IMG/VR virus record: IMGVR_UViG_3300009093_000008 | Location: 2,282-66,281 of that record | Strand: one strand, 5' to 3' | Length of the DNA: 64,000 nt | Source of the DNA: a virus | Shown: positions 36,094-44,649 of the stretch, piece by piece | Layout: each line of letters opens with the position of its first letter | How positions within the stretch are numbered: position 1 is the first letter of the stretch | The notes under the pieces: generated by a model | What the model was told of the DNA's origin: nothing | The model's database searches: none | Seen by the model: the letters and a program-made list of their open reading frames with translations, nothing else | Position numbers and translations under genes: made by a program

Positions 36094-36590
36094 TCCTCGA
36101 ACTTGACCGTGATGCGCCCGTCGAACCGGGCAATGTCCGAACCCTCTTCAACGGCCCGGACCGGGGCATAGTCCCACGTCAGGTGTTGGCCGAAGTTGAG
36201 TAGATCACTTGTCCGGCCCGTCTCTGTATCAAGTAGCCCCTCAACCGGCTTCGGGGTCGAGCGCAGCTTCTGCATGACCGCTTCCAGCACAGACGGGAAC
36301 ACCGAATCCTGCCCGGCGAAATCGTTGATCGAGGCGAAGCAGGTGATCCATATGTCGAGCTTGTGCGTCACCTTCTTAAACGATGACGGACTCGGCATGG
36401 TCGAGGCATCCTCGTAGCCGGTCGATCCCCATATATAGGCGCGCGGAGTGGTGCGGTAGTCCACAACCGGCGGAGTGACCAGCGCGGTGAGGACATCGCC
36501 GCCAGCCCCGGCAGGACCACCCATGGCGACAGGAAGCGGCAGGCCATCCAGCAGGCCCTTAGCGTAGAGCTGAACAGAGTTGATCGACAT
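36078..36590 (-). CDS. tail terminator-like protein
   Basis: Size and position between adaptor and tail tube genes. Confidence 0.55.
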   Translation of the reverse strand: MSINSVQLYAKGLLDGLPLPVAMGGPAGAGGDVLTALVTPPVVDYRTTPRAYIWGSTGYEDASTMPSPSSFKKVTHKLDIWITCFASINDFAGQDSVFPSVLEAVMQKLRSTPKPVEGLLDTETGRTSDLLNFGQHLTWDYAPVRAVEEGSDIARFDGRITVKFEEWLHA

Positions 36591-36832
36591 TACGGCCGCC
36601 CGTGGTGCTCGGTAGTGCGGGCCGTCGCCGAGATCTTCGCGCGCACCTTCTCGGCCAGATGCTCGGCCTTGTGATGCCGCTTCTCGGCCAAGGCCCCAAC
36701 CATCCGCGTCCGTGCCACCTTGGCCAGATCACGAGAGACGTGGGCAGTGCGGAAAGCACGGTGAGACAACCCGGTCGAGTGCCGACCCGTGACCGTGCCG
36801 CCTCGGCGGCCGGAACCCCCGTGCCTGCCCAT
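36590..36832 (-). CDS. small Arg/His-rich basic protein
   Basis: TGATG and TAATG coupling on both sides. Confidence 0.5.
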   Translation of the reverse strand: MGRHGGSGRRGGTVTGRHSTGLSHRAFRTAHVSRDLAKVARTRMVGALAEKRHHKAEHLAEKVRAKISATARTTEHHGRP

Positions 36833-37794
36833 CACCACACCCGCTTATACGGATGGATGAGGACTTCCGCCTCATTCGCGAGATCGGCGCTGTTTATGCC
36901 CGCAGCACCACCACGGTTCGCGCCGCCGCCGAACGACTGGACCACCGTCGCCGTAGCTCCACGCTGAAGCGCCATCGACGAAGCCATCAGAATCGCCGCC
37001 TGCTGGACCGTGGCGGGCAGTGTGGTAAACAGGTCACCGGCCCTATGCGAGTACGCCAGCGGCGCCGTCAGGTGCAGTGTGCCCGGTCCTGCGATCATTC
37101 CCGCAGTCGCCGGAGTCACCGAAGCCACCACAGCGGCTTCCTGGATGGCGTCGTCGCCGCTATACAGCGTGCAGAATGCGCCAGCCCCGGTCAGCTGTGA
37201 AACCATGCCGGTGATGTCGTCTACCAGGATGTCCTGTGCACCCGCAGCGACGTTCGCGGTCAGCTGGGTGTGCGGATAGCCGTTCAGGTAGGTAATCACC
37301 ATCTCGGTACCCATGCGCCCACCCGCGTACGACAGATACCCGGGGGCGACGATCACCGCCTGCCCCACCTCGGCCACCGAACCCGGAGACACCGAACCGT
37401 AGATGCTCATCACCGGCTTCTCCGGCGCCATCATGTTCGCCGGGATCACGTTGCCCCCGACCTTGGGGAACTGGGCTGCGAGCCGCATCACACCCGAGAT
37501 CACCTCAACGACAGGCGGGCGGGAGAGCAGCAGGCGCGCCGTGCCGTCCCTGCGCAGCTGGCAACGCTCGTCACCGGGGCCGTAGACCGTCTCCGTGTTG
37601 ATCGTGGCCCGGAGGGGAAGTTCCAGATACGCGTCGATGGTCGAAGTTGCACGGGCACACAAGTTCAGCGCCTGCACCACCTGCTCGGCACCTGACGCGT
37701 TCAGACCAGGGATCGTATTCCACGAGACACCAGTGGGAGCGTTGATCAGCATGGCGGGAGTCACGTACGGCGCCCCGCTACTCAGAACCGCCAT
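36832..37794 (-). CDS. head-to-tail adaptor
   Basis: RATSTIDAY...ITY..GY...LPATVQQAAI pattern; downstream of the capsid gene. Confidence 0.7.
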   Translation of the reverse strand: MAVLSSGAPYVTPAMLINAPTGVSWNTIPGLNASGAEQVVQALNLCARATSTIDAYLELPLRATINTETVYGPGDERCQLRRDGTARLLLSRPPVVEVISGVMRLAAQFPKVGGNVIPANMMAPEKPVMSIYGSVSPGSVAEVGQAVIVAPGYLSYAGGRMGTEMVITYLNGYPHTQLTANVAAGAQDILVDDITGMVSQLTGAGAFCTLYSGDDAIQEAAVVASVTPATAGMIAGPGTLHLTAPLAYSHRAGDLFTTLPATVQQAAILMASSMALQRGATATVVQSFGGGANRGGAAGINSADLANEAEVLIHPYKRVW

Positions 37795-37976
37795 TAACCT
37801 CGCTTACCGGAGTGGCAACGACTGCACACCCACGCGCCACCTACATCGGACCACCGGACATGCTTCGAACAGACCGGCCCGTGGCACTCGGCACAGTCGC
37901 CGACGATGTCCGGTACAGATCTACGCCGCGCCGAACCACCGCAGCGGACACAAGCCGAGTGTCCACGTCCCATCGG

Positions 37977-38279
37977 CTAGCCCGCCTTGCGCTTGGTACC
38001 AGCCACCCGCTCGGCGACCAGCTCGCCCAGCGCCACACCAGCGGCAGCGGTGAGAGCCGCGCCCTTCTCCTGGTCGGCCTGCCGCTGCTCCTCTTCTTCC
38101 TCGGTCAGCGCAGCACCTTCGGGACGGTCGCCCCAGCCGGTGAAGTACTTGCGGATCGTCTCTTCACACGTCGCACACGTCACGGAGAGCCGTTCGCCCT
38201 TCTTCGCAGTGTGCGCCTTACCGCAGCCGCCCACGGCCAGATTCACGGCCGGAACAGACAGGGGAGCGTAAACCGTCAT
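37977..38279 (-). CDS. hypothetical protein (head module)
   Basis: 100 aa, GCG..H...C..CE; GAGAGG RBS. Confidence 0.6.
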   Translation of the reverse strand: MTVYAPLSVPAVNLAVGGCGKAHTAKKGERLSVTCATCEETIRKYFTGWGDRPEGAALTEEEEEQRQADQEKGAALTAAAGVALGELVAERVAGTKRKAG

Positions 38280-38281
38280 GA

Positions 38282-38566
38282 TTACCTCTCAGGGGGGTAG
38301 GTAGTGGTGTCCTCACCGCAGCGGGGACAAGTGTCAGACCATGCATTCCACATGCGCTTACAGGGGGAGCAGAGCTTGCCCTTCTTCGTTCCGAAAGACA
38401 ACCGGGCGTTGGTGTTCAGGACACCCGACCGGTTGTTCCAGGACTTGCCGATAGCCGAAGCTTGCGCATCGGTCACTTCGACAGGCTGCCCGGACTTACC
38501 ATCTACCTTAGAGCCATCCTCGAAGCTGAGGCCGTAACAACCTTCGGGCAGATTCACTTTCGGCAT
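38282..38566 (-). CDS. hypothetical zinc-ribbon protein (head module)
   Basis: CSPC...CPRCG; GAGG RBS. Confidence 0.65.
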   Translation of the reverse strand: MPKVNLPEGCYGLSFEDGSKVDGKSGQPVEVTDAQASAIGKSWNNRSGVLNTNARLSFGTKKGKLCSPCKRMWNAWSDTCPRCGEDTTTYPPER

Positions 38567-38586
38567 TCTTTGTCCTCACTCGGTAA

Positions 38587-38625
38587 GGTCGGTCCTGCGC
38601 CCCCCTGAAGTGCGCAGGACCGACC
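38587..38625 (-). terminator. hairpin downstream of the major capsid gene
   Basis: Perfect 14-bp inverted repeat GGTCGGTCCTGCGC / GCGCAGGACCGACC; weak U tail. Confidence 0.65.
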
Positions 38626-38633
38626 AGCTTGTG

Positions 38634-40502
38634 TTACGCCCAGGGAGTGGACGAACCGTTACCGTCCTTGGTCTGGAGACCCTGGAGCAGGCCGCAGTAC
38701 TGCGGCGCGTTGAACACGAGCGCCCCGTACATGAACATGCTGTACCGGAACGACGCGTCGATCACGGGCCACGAGATGGACAGGTAGTCCTGAACCACGA
38801 CCTTCTCGACGACGTTGGAGACGTTGCTCCACGCCATCGGCAGGGTGTAGGACATCAGCAGGGCGGTGCCCTGAGACATCCACGGGTGGACCATGAACTT
38901 GATGACCGAGCGGGTGATCGGGTTCTGGAACTCCGACACGGCCGCACCATCGCGGACGCTACCCACCTCGGACTGCTGGATGTTGATGCGGTAGGCGCCG
39001 TTGGAGCCCTTCGCGAGGATGTCGTCAGACACCCGCTGGATGTCGCTACCTTCAGCGATCAGCTCAGACGGGTCAGCCTTGAACGCCTGCATGCCGGTCG
39101 CGGCGTTGGTGCCGGACCACAGACCACCACACGCCGCGTTCAGGACGTTGCTGTTCAGCGTGTCCCCGACCGCGTTGTTGTAGTAGCCAGCACCCCAGTT
39201 CGTGGGGTACATGCTGCCGTCAGAAGCGTTGCCGGACAGAACCGAGATCAGGCCTTCCTGGTCGGTCGCGGCGTGCGTGCCCGTGTTCGAAGCGGGAGCC
39301 GCCCCGGTCGTGGGCAGAGCGCCCTGCACGGTGAACTTCACGCCACCCACACCACGCGCCTTCAGGAACAGGCCCGCAGCAGCCGGAGCCGAAGCGGCGC
39401 CCGCAGCGTACACGTTGAACGCGGTCGTACCGGAGGGAACCCCGGCAATGACAACGTCCGCGACCTGAGTACCGGTGGCGTAGGTGCCAGCGGCCTGAAC
39501 CACGTTGGAAATCGTGGTCTCGCCGTACGCGTTGGTAGCGGTGACCGCCACATACACGTTCGTACCGGAGCCGGTGATCGCCGTCTCACCCGCGCCCTTA
39601 GCCCGCAGCGTTGCCGAAACGACAACCGGAGAGGACGGAGCGTGAGAAGTCGCGAACAGGTCCGCGTACTCCTCGGCCAGCATGAACTCCTGAAGCAGGA
39701 TCAGGTTCGCCAGAGCCGACAGGTCTTCGAAGCCCTGCGACGCGAACTGAGACAGCCACGACAGCGCCTCGGTCATACCCCAGTACCGGTAGGGGACGTC
39801 GATGTTCTCGGAGATCTGCGTACCGGAACCCGGCAGGCTCAGAGGCCAGTTGCCCGAAAGGGAACCGCCCATCAGCTCGGTCTGGGTGATGCGCAGGGCC
39901 GGAGCCGCGTTCTGGCCGGAGCCGGAGATCGCGGTGACGACCTTCTCTTGCCGCGCGACACCCTGACCGGGCGTACGCGGGATCTTGTTCCGCAGCGGGC
40001 TGTAAACCGGGTACAGCAGGCGCGACGGAGACACCAGGTCGAACGGCACGAAGCCAGTCGCGTTCGGCGACGTCAGCGTGAAGTTCTTGCCGGAGATCTC
40101 GGACAGCGCGCCCTGGATCTCGCCGACGAGGGTGTTGATACCCTGCATCGAGGGGTGCTGAGTCATCAGCGACCCGAGCTGGTTCGAGAACTGCGGGTTC
40201 AGGCCCTTGTAGACACCGGTGGGGTCAGCCACACCGTTCTTCACGGCCTTGCGGAGGGCGTCCTCCGCCTTCATGCTGTCGCGCAGGATCTCTTCCGGGT
40301 CCTCGGTCGGGGCCAGCTTGCGCTTACCCGTGTCCTGGTCCCGGATCCCCGAGATGTAGCCCTTGCCCTTGACAGAGTTGGGCATCCGTGCGGAAAGCAT
40401 GCTGTCGGCGGAGCCGTAGCGGCCCGCCTCCGAAGCCACGGCGGCCTTGAAGATAGCCGCAGCTTCGCCCGCGTTCTGCGGGGTTGCAACGTCCGTTGCC
40501 AT
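38634..40502 (-). CDS. major capsid protein (with internal Ig-like insertion)
   Basis: Follows the protease/scaffold gene; strong GGGAGG RBS; PFDL..P...LYPV.SPLRNKIPR; highly biased codons. Confidence 0.8.
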   Translation of the reverse strand: MATDVATPQNAGEAAAIFKAAVASEAGRYGSADSMLSARMPNSVKGKGYISGIRDQDTGKRKLAPTEDPEEILRDSMKAEDALRKAVKNGVADPTGVYKGLNPQFSNQLGSLMTQHPSMQGINTLVGEIQGALSEISGKNFTLTSPNATGFVPFDLVSPSRLLYPVYSPLRNKIPRTPGQGVARQEKVVTAISGSGQNAAPALRITQTELMGGSLSGNWPLSLPGSGTQISENIDVPYRYWGMTEALSWLSQFASQGFEDLSALANLILLQEFMLAEEYADLFATSHAPSSPVVVSATLRAKGAGETAITGSGTNVYVAVTATNAYGETTISNVVQAAGTYATGTQVADVVIAGVPSGTTAFNVYAAGAASAPAAAGLFLKARGVGGVKFTVQGALPTTGAAPASNTGTHAATDQEGLISVLSGNASDGSMYPTNWGAGYYNNAVGDTLNSNVLNAACGGLWSGTNAATGMQAFKADPSELIAEGSDIQRVSDDILAKGSNGAYRINIQQSEVGSVRDGAAVSEFQNPITRSVIKFMVHPWMSQGTALLMSYTLPMAWSNVSNVVEKVVVQDYLSISWPVIDASFRYSMFMYGALVFNAPQYCGLLQGLQTKDGNGSSTPWA

Positions 40503-40523
40503 GTACCTCCCAGTACAGTTCGG

Positions 40524-42518
40524 TTAGTCTTCGTCAGACGGCTTGTGCCCGAGCTTTTCGAGCGTTTCGTATGCCATCTTTCGCCAAGCGGGATCACCGT
40601 CGTTGATCCGTGCCAGGGCATACGCCTTGAGACGGTCATCTTCGGTAGGCTCGCGCCGCTCCACAGACGAAGTCCGCTCCACCGGAGTGACTACCGTACT
40701 GTCTGCCGACTTCGCGACTACTCCCCGCACTGGGGCCAGAGCCGGATCGGGTTGGGCACCGAGTTCATCGATCGCAGCCTGCAACACTGCGATCTGGTCT
40801 TCCTGGCGTGCACTCTTCTCGACGAGTGCATCCATCTTCGCGAGGAATTCCTCGCTGAAGCCTGCGCCCTTCGGGGGCGTCACCGGAGTGAGCGTCGCAC
40901 CCGCATGCATATCTGCGGGGATCTCACTCTTCCTGTCCACGAGAGGGCACACCTCGGAACGAGTGTCCGTGATGTGATCGTGGAGATTCTGAAGCATGTT
41001 CCGGGTGAACGCGGCCGAACCGGCGGCGTACTCGGGAGAGATCCCGGAAGCACGCTTGTTACCCGGAGACGGGCGTTCCTGGCCGGAGGTCAGCGGGCCA
41101 CGGTTGAACTGTGACGCATCCACCCGCTGATTCGACGTCGGGATCCGAGCGCCGGAGTCAGAACCCGTAGCGTTCTCCCGCTGATGCCCCGAAGAGAGGT
41201 AGCCGCGCCGGAACTGGCCGGGAGACATGCTCGTCGGAGACACGTGGGCAGTCGGGTACATGTCCGCGAAAGCCTTGTGCAGCTGCGCGCGGGCGTCGGC
41301 CAGCATGTCCGGGTCTGCGGCCTTGAGGTCGGTCGCCAGCTCCCCAGCCTCGTCGCCGAGGAACGCACGGACAGCGTCCACGTTGATGGCGTCGTTCCAC
41401 GACTTCAGCGAAGCGTACTCGCGGGACACCGCACCATCGGAGTACACCGGGCACAGCACGTCGTGCAGGCGCTTCACCGTATACGGCATCTCGCCCTTCT
41501 TCTTCGCGTTGGCCTCGTCCTCGTCCTCGTCGTTGTCGCCGTCACCATCCGGGTCAGCCTGGTTGCCGCCACCGAACGGGGGCTTCTTCTGGTCGGGAGC
41601 AGGCTTCTTCGCCTTCTCCTCCTCAGGCTCCGCCACGGACTTGTCGGCGTGAGGCAGATCAGCGTCGCACTTCGCACAGTTGCGGAGCTTGCTGTCCCCG
41701 TCGTAGGACGCGCCGCAGCTCGGGCAGTCCTTCTGGCCCTTCTCGACCTCGGGCTCTACGGTCTTGCCTTCCCGCTTGGCCAGCCACGCGGTACGGGACT
41801 CGTCGGTGCCAGCGAAGTAGAGGTCCTTCTCGGACTTCCACGCACGCCACGCCTCGGGCTCCTCCACGTCGGGCATGTTGTTGACGAACCGGTCACGGTC
41901 CGCAGCCCACTCGGCCAACAGGTCGGCCGGGAACTCACCCTCGGCGGACTTCTCCACCACCGGCTCGGCGGTCTTCTCGGCCGCTTCCAGCGCTTCCTGA
42001 AGGTTGCCGAACATCTCCTCGGTGTCCACCGGGACACCATCCGCCGACTTCACGATCTTGAACCCGCAGTTCGCGTTGGCCGGACGGTCCACCAGGGAGA
42101 TCTCGGCGAGGGAACCGCCGACGATACGGCCGTTCTTCGCCGCCGAGTCATGAATCACCTTCGGCTGACTGATGCCGATGGAGAAGGCCTGAAGCACGCC
42201 AGCACGGCACAGCTTCTTCGCGTTGTCCTCAACGACAAGCGCCTTCACGTAGTGGCCATCGTCGCTGGTCTGGACCTCGATGCCCTTGCCCGCCGGGTAC
42301 AGGAACGGGGAATGCTGAACACGGACGTTCGCGCCCGACGTCAGCCAATCCTCGATCGCCTTGGCCGACCACTTCTGATCGACGATCTGCTCGTCGGAGT
42401 CGAGAGAGGCATCGGTAGCCTTCCCGAAAACTATCAGATCCCCTTCGGGCGTCTCATCCATCTTCAAGATGGGAAAAGACATCCGGAGCTGATCGGTAGG
42501 GCTGGTCGTATTGGCCAC
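40524..42518 (-). CDS. capsid maturation protease fused to scaffold
   Basis: N-terminal HK97-like protease (LDSDEQIV, VRVQH, FSIG, EISLVDRPAN) then acidic/coiled-coil scaffold region. Confidence 0.85.
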   Translation of the reverse strand: MANTTSPTDQLRMSFPILKMDETPEGDLIVFGKATDASLDSDEQIVDQKWSAKAIEDWLTSGANVRVQHSPFLYPAGKGIEVQTSDDGHYVKALVVEDNAKKLCRAGVLQAFSIGISQPKVIHDSAAKNGRIVGGSLAEISLVDRPANANCGFKIVKSADGVPVDTEEMFGNLQEALEAAEKTAEPVVEKSAEGEFPADLLAEWAADRDRFVNNMPDVEEPEAWRAWKSEKDLYFAGTDESRTAWLAKREGKTVEPEVEKGQKDCPSCGASYDGDSKLRNCAKCDADLPHADKSVAEPEEEKAKKPAPDQKKPPFGGGNQADPDGDGDNDEDEDEANAKKKGEMPYTVKRLHDVLCPVYSDGAVSREYASLKSWNDAINVDAVRAFLGDEAGELATDLKAADPDMLADARAQLHKAFADMYPTAHVSPTSMSPGQFRRGYLSSGHQRENATGSDSGARIPTSNQRVDASQFNRGPLTSGQERPSPGNKRASGISPEYAAGSAAFTRNMLQNLHDHITDTRSEVCPLVDRKSEIPADMHAGATLTPVTPPKGAGFSEEFLAKMDALVEKSARQEDQIAVLQAAIDELGAQPDPALAPVRGVVAKSADSTVVTPVERTSSVERREPTEDDRLKAYALARINDGDPAWRKMAYETLEKLGHKPSDED

Positions 42519-42597
42519 TAACCTCCATGAGTTAGGGGAAAGGGGCTCACATAGCCCACGGATCTATTCTAGTCTGACGCACGCACAACCGTGTTGT

Positions 42598-42996
42598 CTA
42601 TGCGCCATGTGCTTTCTTGTATCCTATGGCTTTCGGAGCCGGAGGATCATCCAGATACGCCGCTGCTTTTCGAAGCAGATCGGCATCGTCGCGTGCCGCC
42701 TTCAAGATCTCGCGGTTACAGCGCTTGCACAGCAACCCACGAACGTAACCGGTCTTGTGGTCGTGGTCCACGTCGAGGCGGTACGGCCGGTCACCGACAC
42801 AGATGGCACACTTCGCAGTTTGGGACACCAGCAGCCGCTCATAGTCGCCAGCATCCATCCCGTACGTACGCGACACCCTCAGGTTGTGAGCAGACTCGGA
42901 ACGCTTCTTCTTACGACACGAATGGCAGACCCTGCCGCGCTCGCTCACGTAGAACTTCTCGTCGCGGTTCTTGCCGCACGTAGCGCACTTCTTCAT
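42598..42996 (-). CDS. endonuclease VII-like protein
   Basis: YG...Y..L...Q..KCAIC...LDVDHDHKTG.VRGLLC..CN. Confidence 0.9.
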   Translation of the reverse strand: MKKCATCGKNRDEKFYVSERGRVCHSCRKKKRSESAHNLRVSRTYGMDAGDYERLLVSQTAKCAICVGDRPYRLDVDHDHKTGYVRGLLCKRCNREILKAARDDADLLRKAAAYLDDPPAPKAIGYKKAHGA

Positions 42997-42998
42997 GG

Positions 42999-44366
42999 CT
43001 AGATCTTGTACCATCCGCTAATGACCATGAAATCGCCGGTGGCGATCGCTTCCGGTGACGTATTCGTCAGAAGGGCGTCGTTGTCCACGCCAGAAGCCAA
43101 CGTGCCAGTCCGCGCCCAGGTGACAGTGCAGGTAGCAGTGCCAGACGACTGGGTGTACGCGTAAAGCGGGTGGTTCGAAAGAGCGGCAGACTTCCACGTG
43201 CCTTGCAGAATGGCGTACGTAGCCGCAGCAACAGGCAGCGTCAGGATCACGCCGGAAGAACCGAGGTTCGTACCGCTGCCGACAACAAGTTCCGCATGTA
43301 CCCAACAGAGGTTCCCGGCCCGCACGAAATAGCCACTCTGGGCACCACCGGCGCCAATGGCGAACCCAGTAGTGGCACTGAACGGGGTGAACGTTGAAGG
43401 CGCAACGACAGCCACGCCGCCAGCCCCGACAGACAGGCCCCCGTTCGTGGCAGGGGTAACCACCACCCCGCCAGAGCCAACCGCTATCCCGTTGCCAGCG
43501 GTAACCGATACCCCGCCAGCCGCGACCGTGATACCGCCGTTGGTGAGAGGAGCAACCGAGAAAGACCCCGACGTGTTGGTGATGCCGTTACCGGCGGTGT
43601 AGACACCCACGCCGTATACCTGAGTCCACGACAACGAGGTGGTGCCGGGGGTCACACCTCCCGTGATGTTCAGTGCCCACCCGGTACCGGCGTTGGTGGT
43701 GCCGCCCTCAACGTGGACCACCGCGCCGTTGTACTTCTGGAGACCCGTGTTCGTGACCGTGGCGGAATCCATGTCCGTCGAGCGCGTCAGCACATACTTT
43801 CCTGAAGCCGCGCCCTTGTTGGTAACGACGTAGATGCCGTTGCGCGAGGTGGTGGCCTCGTTCTTCACCAGGATCCGACAAGCCTGCCCTACCACGGTCC
43901 CACCCGACGAGTAGGTTCCGGTCGGTGCGTTGTTGACGATGACCGTAAAGCTAGTGGAGCTACCGGCAGTGTTGACCGTGAAGTTTCCGTTTGGGTTGTT
44001 CGTGGTGAACCCGGTAACCCCGGCGATGGTCACCGGCTGACCTACCGCCATGCCCGTAGTCGAAGCCACCGTGAATGTCACGGTTGTACCCGAGTTGGTG
44101 ACGTTCGTGATGGTCTGGGAGACGGCGGTCCAGGGAGTACCGCCGTCAAACGTCAAGATGCCGTTAGACGCCGCCGTGAGGGTGTCACCGACACCCCCGT
44201 TGCCCGCCGAAGCGTACACGGCAGGACCGAACGGCAGCGCCGCACCGGCGGTAGCGAACGAGCACGGCAGTTTGAAGTTCTCGCCGGACTGGAAGTCGTC
44301 CACGTACTGCTTCGAAGCGGCATCCGTGCTGTTCGCCGGATAAGCACCCAGTTGCTTAACGGCCAT
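42999..44366 (-). CDS. virion fibre/decoration protein
   Basis: DAASKQYVD motif, RILVKNE....NGIYVV, Gly/Thr-rich repeats; paralogue of 47707-48597. Confidence 0.7.
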   Translation of the reverse strand: MAVKQLGAYPANSTDAASKQYVDDFQSGENFKLPCSFATAGAALPFGPAVYASAGNGGVGDTLTAASNGILTFDGGTPWTAVSQTITNVTNSGTTVTFTVASTTGMAVGQPVTIAGVTGFTTNNPNGNFTVNTAGSSTSFTVIVNNAPTGTYSSGGTVVGQACRILVKNEATTSRNGIYVVTNKGAASGKYVLTRSTDMDSATVTNTGLQKYNGAVVHVEGGTTNAGTGWALNITGGVTPGTTSLSWTQVYGVGVYTAGNGITNTSGSFSVAPLTNGGITVAAGGVSVTAGNGIAVGSGGVVVTPATNGGLSVGAGGVAVVAPSTFTPFSATTGFAIGAGGAQSGYFVRAGNLCWVHAELVVGSGTNLGSSGVILTLPVAAATYAILQGTWKSAALSNHPLYAYTQSSGTATCTVTWARTGTLASGVDNDALLTNTSPEAIATGDFMVISGWYKI

Positions 44367-44630
44367 CTATTCGGCCTCGTCTTCCTCGAACACGATCTCC
44401 GCCGCCTGGTCGTCCACGCTAAGCCGCGTAGCCACAGCCAGGTCGAGATCGAAATCGGATGAATCCATAACCCCCGACTCAACCGCCTGCGTGATCTTGG
44501 CCATTCCCATGGCTACTATCTGCTCGTAAGCTCCGCTCTCCAAGAGGTCTAGAACATCTCGCGAGTCATCCTCGTACGCGACAGCCAGTTCACCGTATTC
44601 AACAGCCAGACGAAACGCCACGGCAATCAC
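44367..44630 (-). CDS. hypothetical acidic protein
   Basis: 87 aa with AGGAAGAGG RBS between portal and fibre genes. Confidence 0.55.
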   Translation of the reverse strand: MIAVAFRLAVEYGELAVAYEDDSRDVLDLLESGAYEQIVAMGMAKITQAVESGVMDSSDFDLDLAVATRLSVDDQAAEIVFEEDEAE

Positions 44631-44649
44631 CCTCTTCCTGATGTCCAGT

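Noticed and set aside
38610-42521. Long plus-strand ORFs (38610-41114, 41184-42521; likewise 30319-32388, 22305-23942, 7308-8546, 9453-10724)
   Set aside because: Antisense shadows of high-GC3 minus-strand genes; Arg/Gly-rich implausible translations with no motifs.
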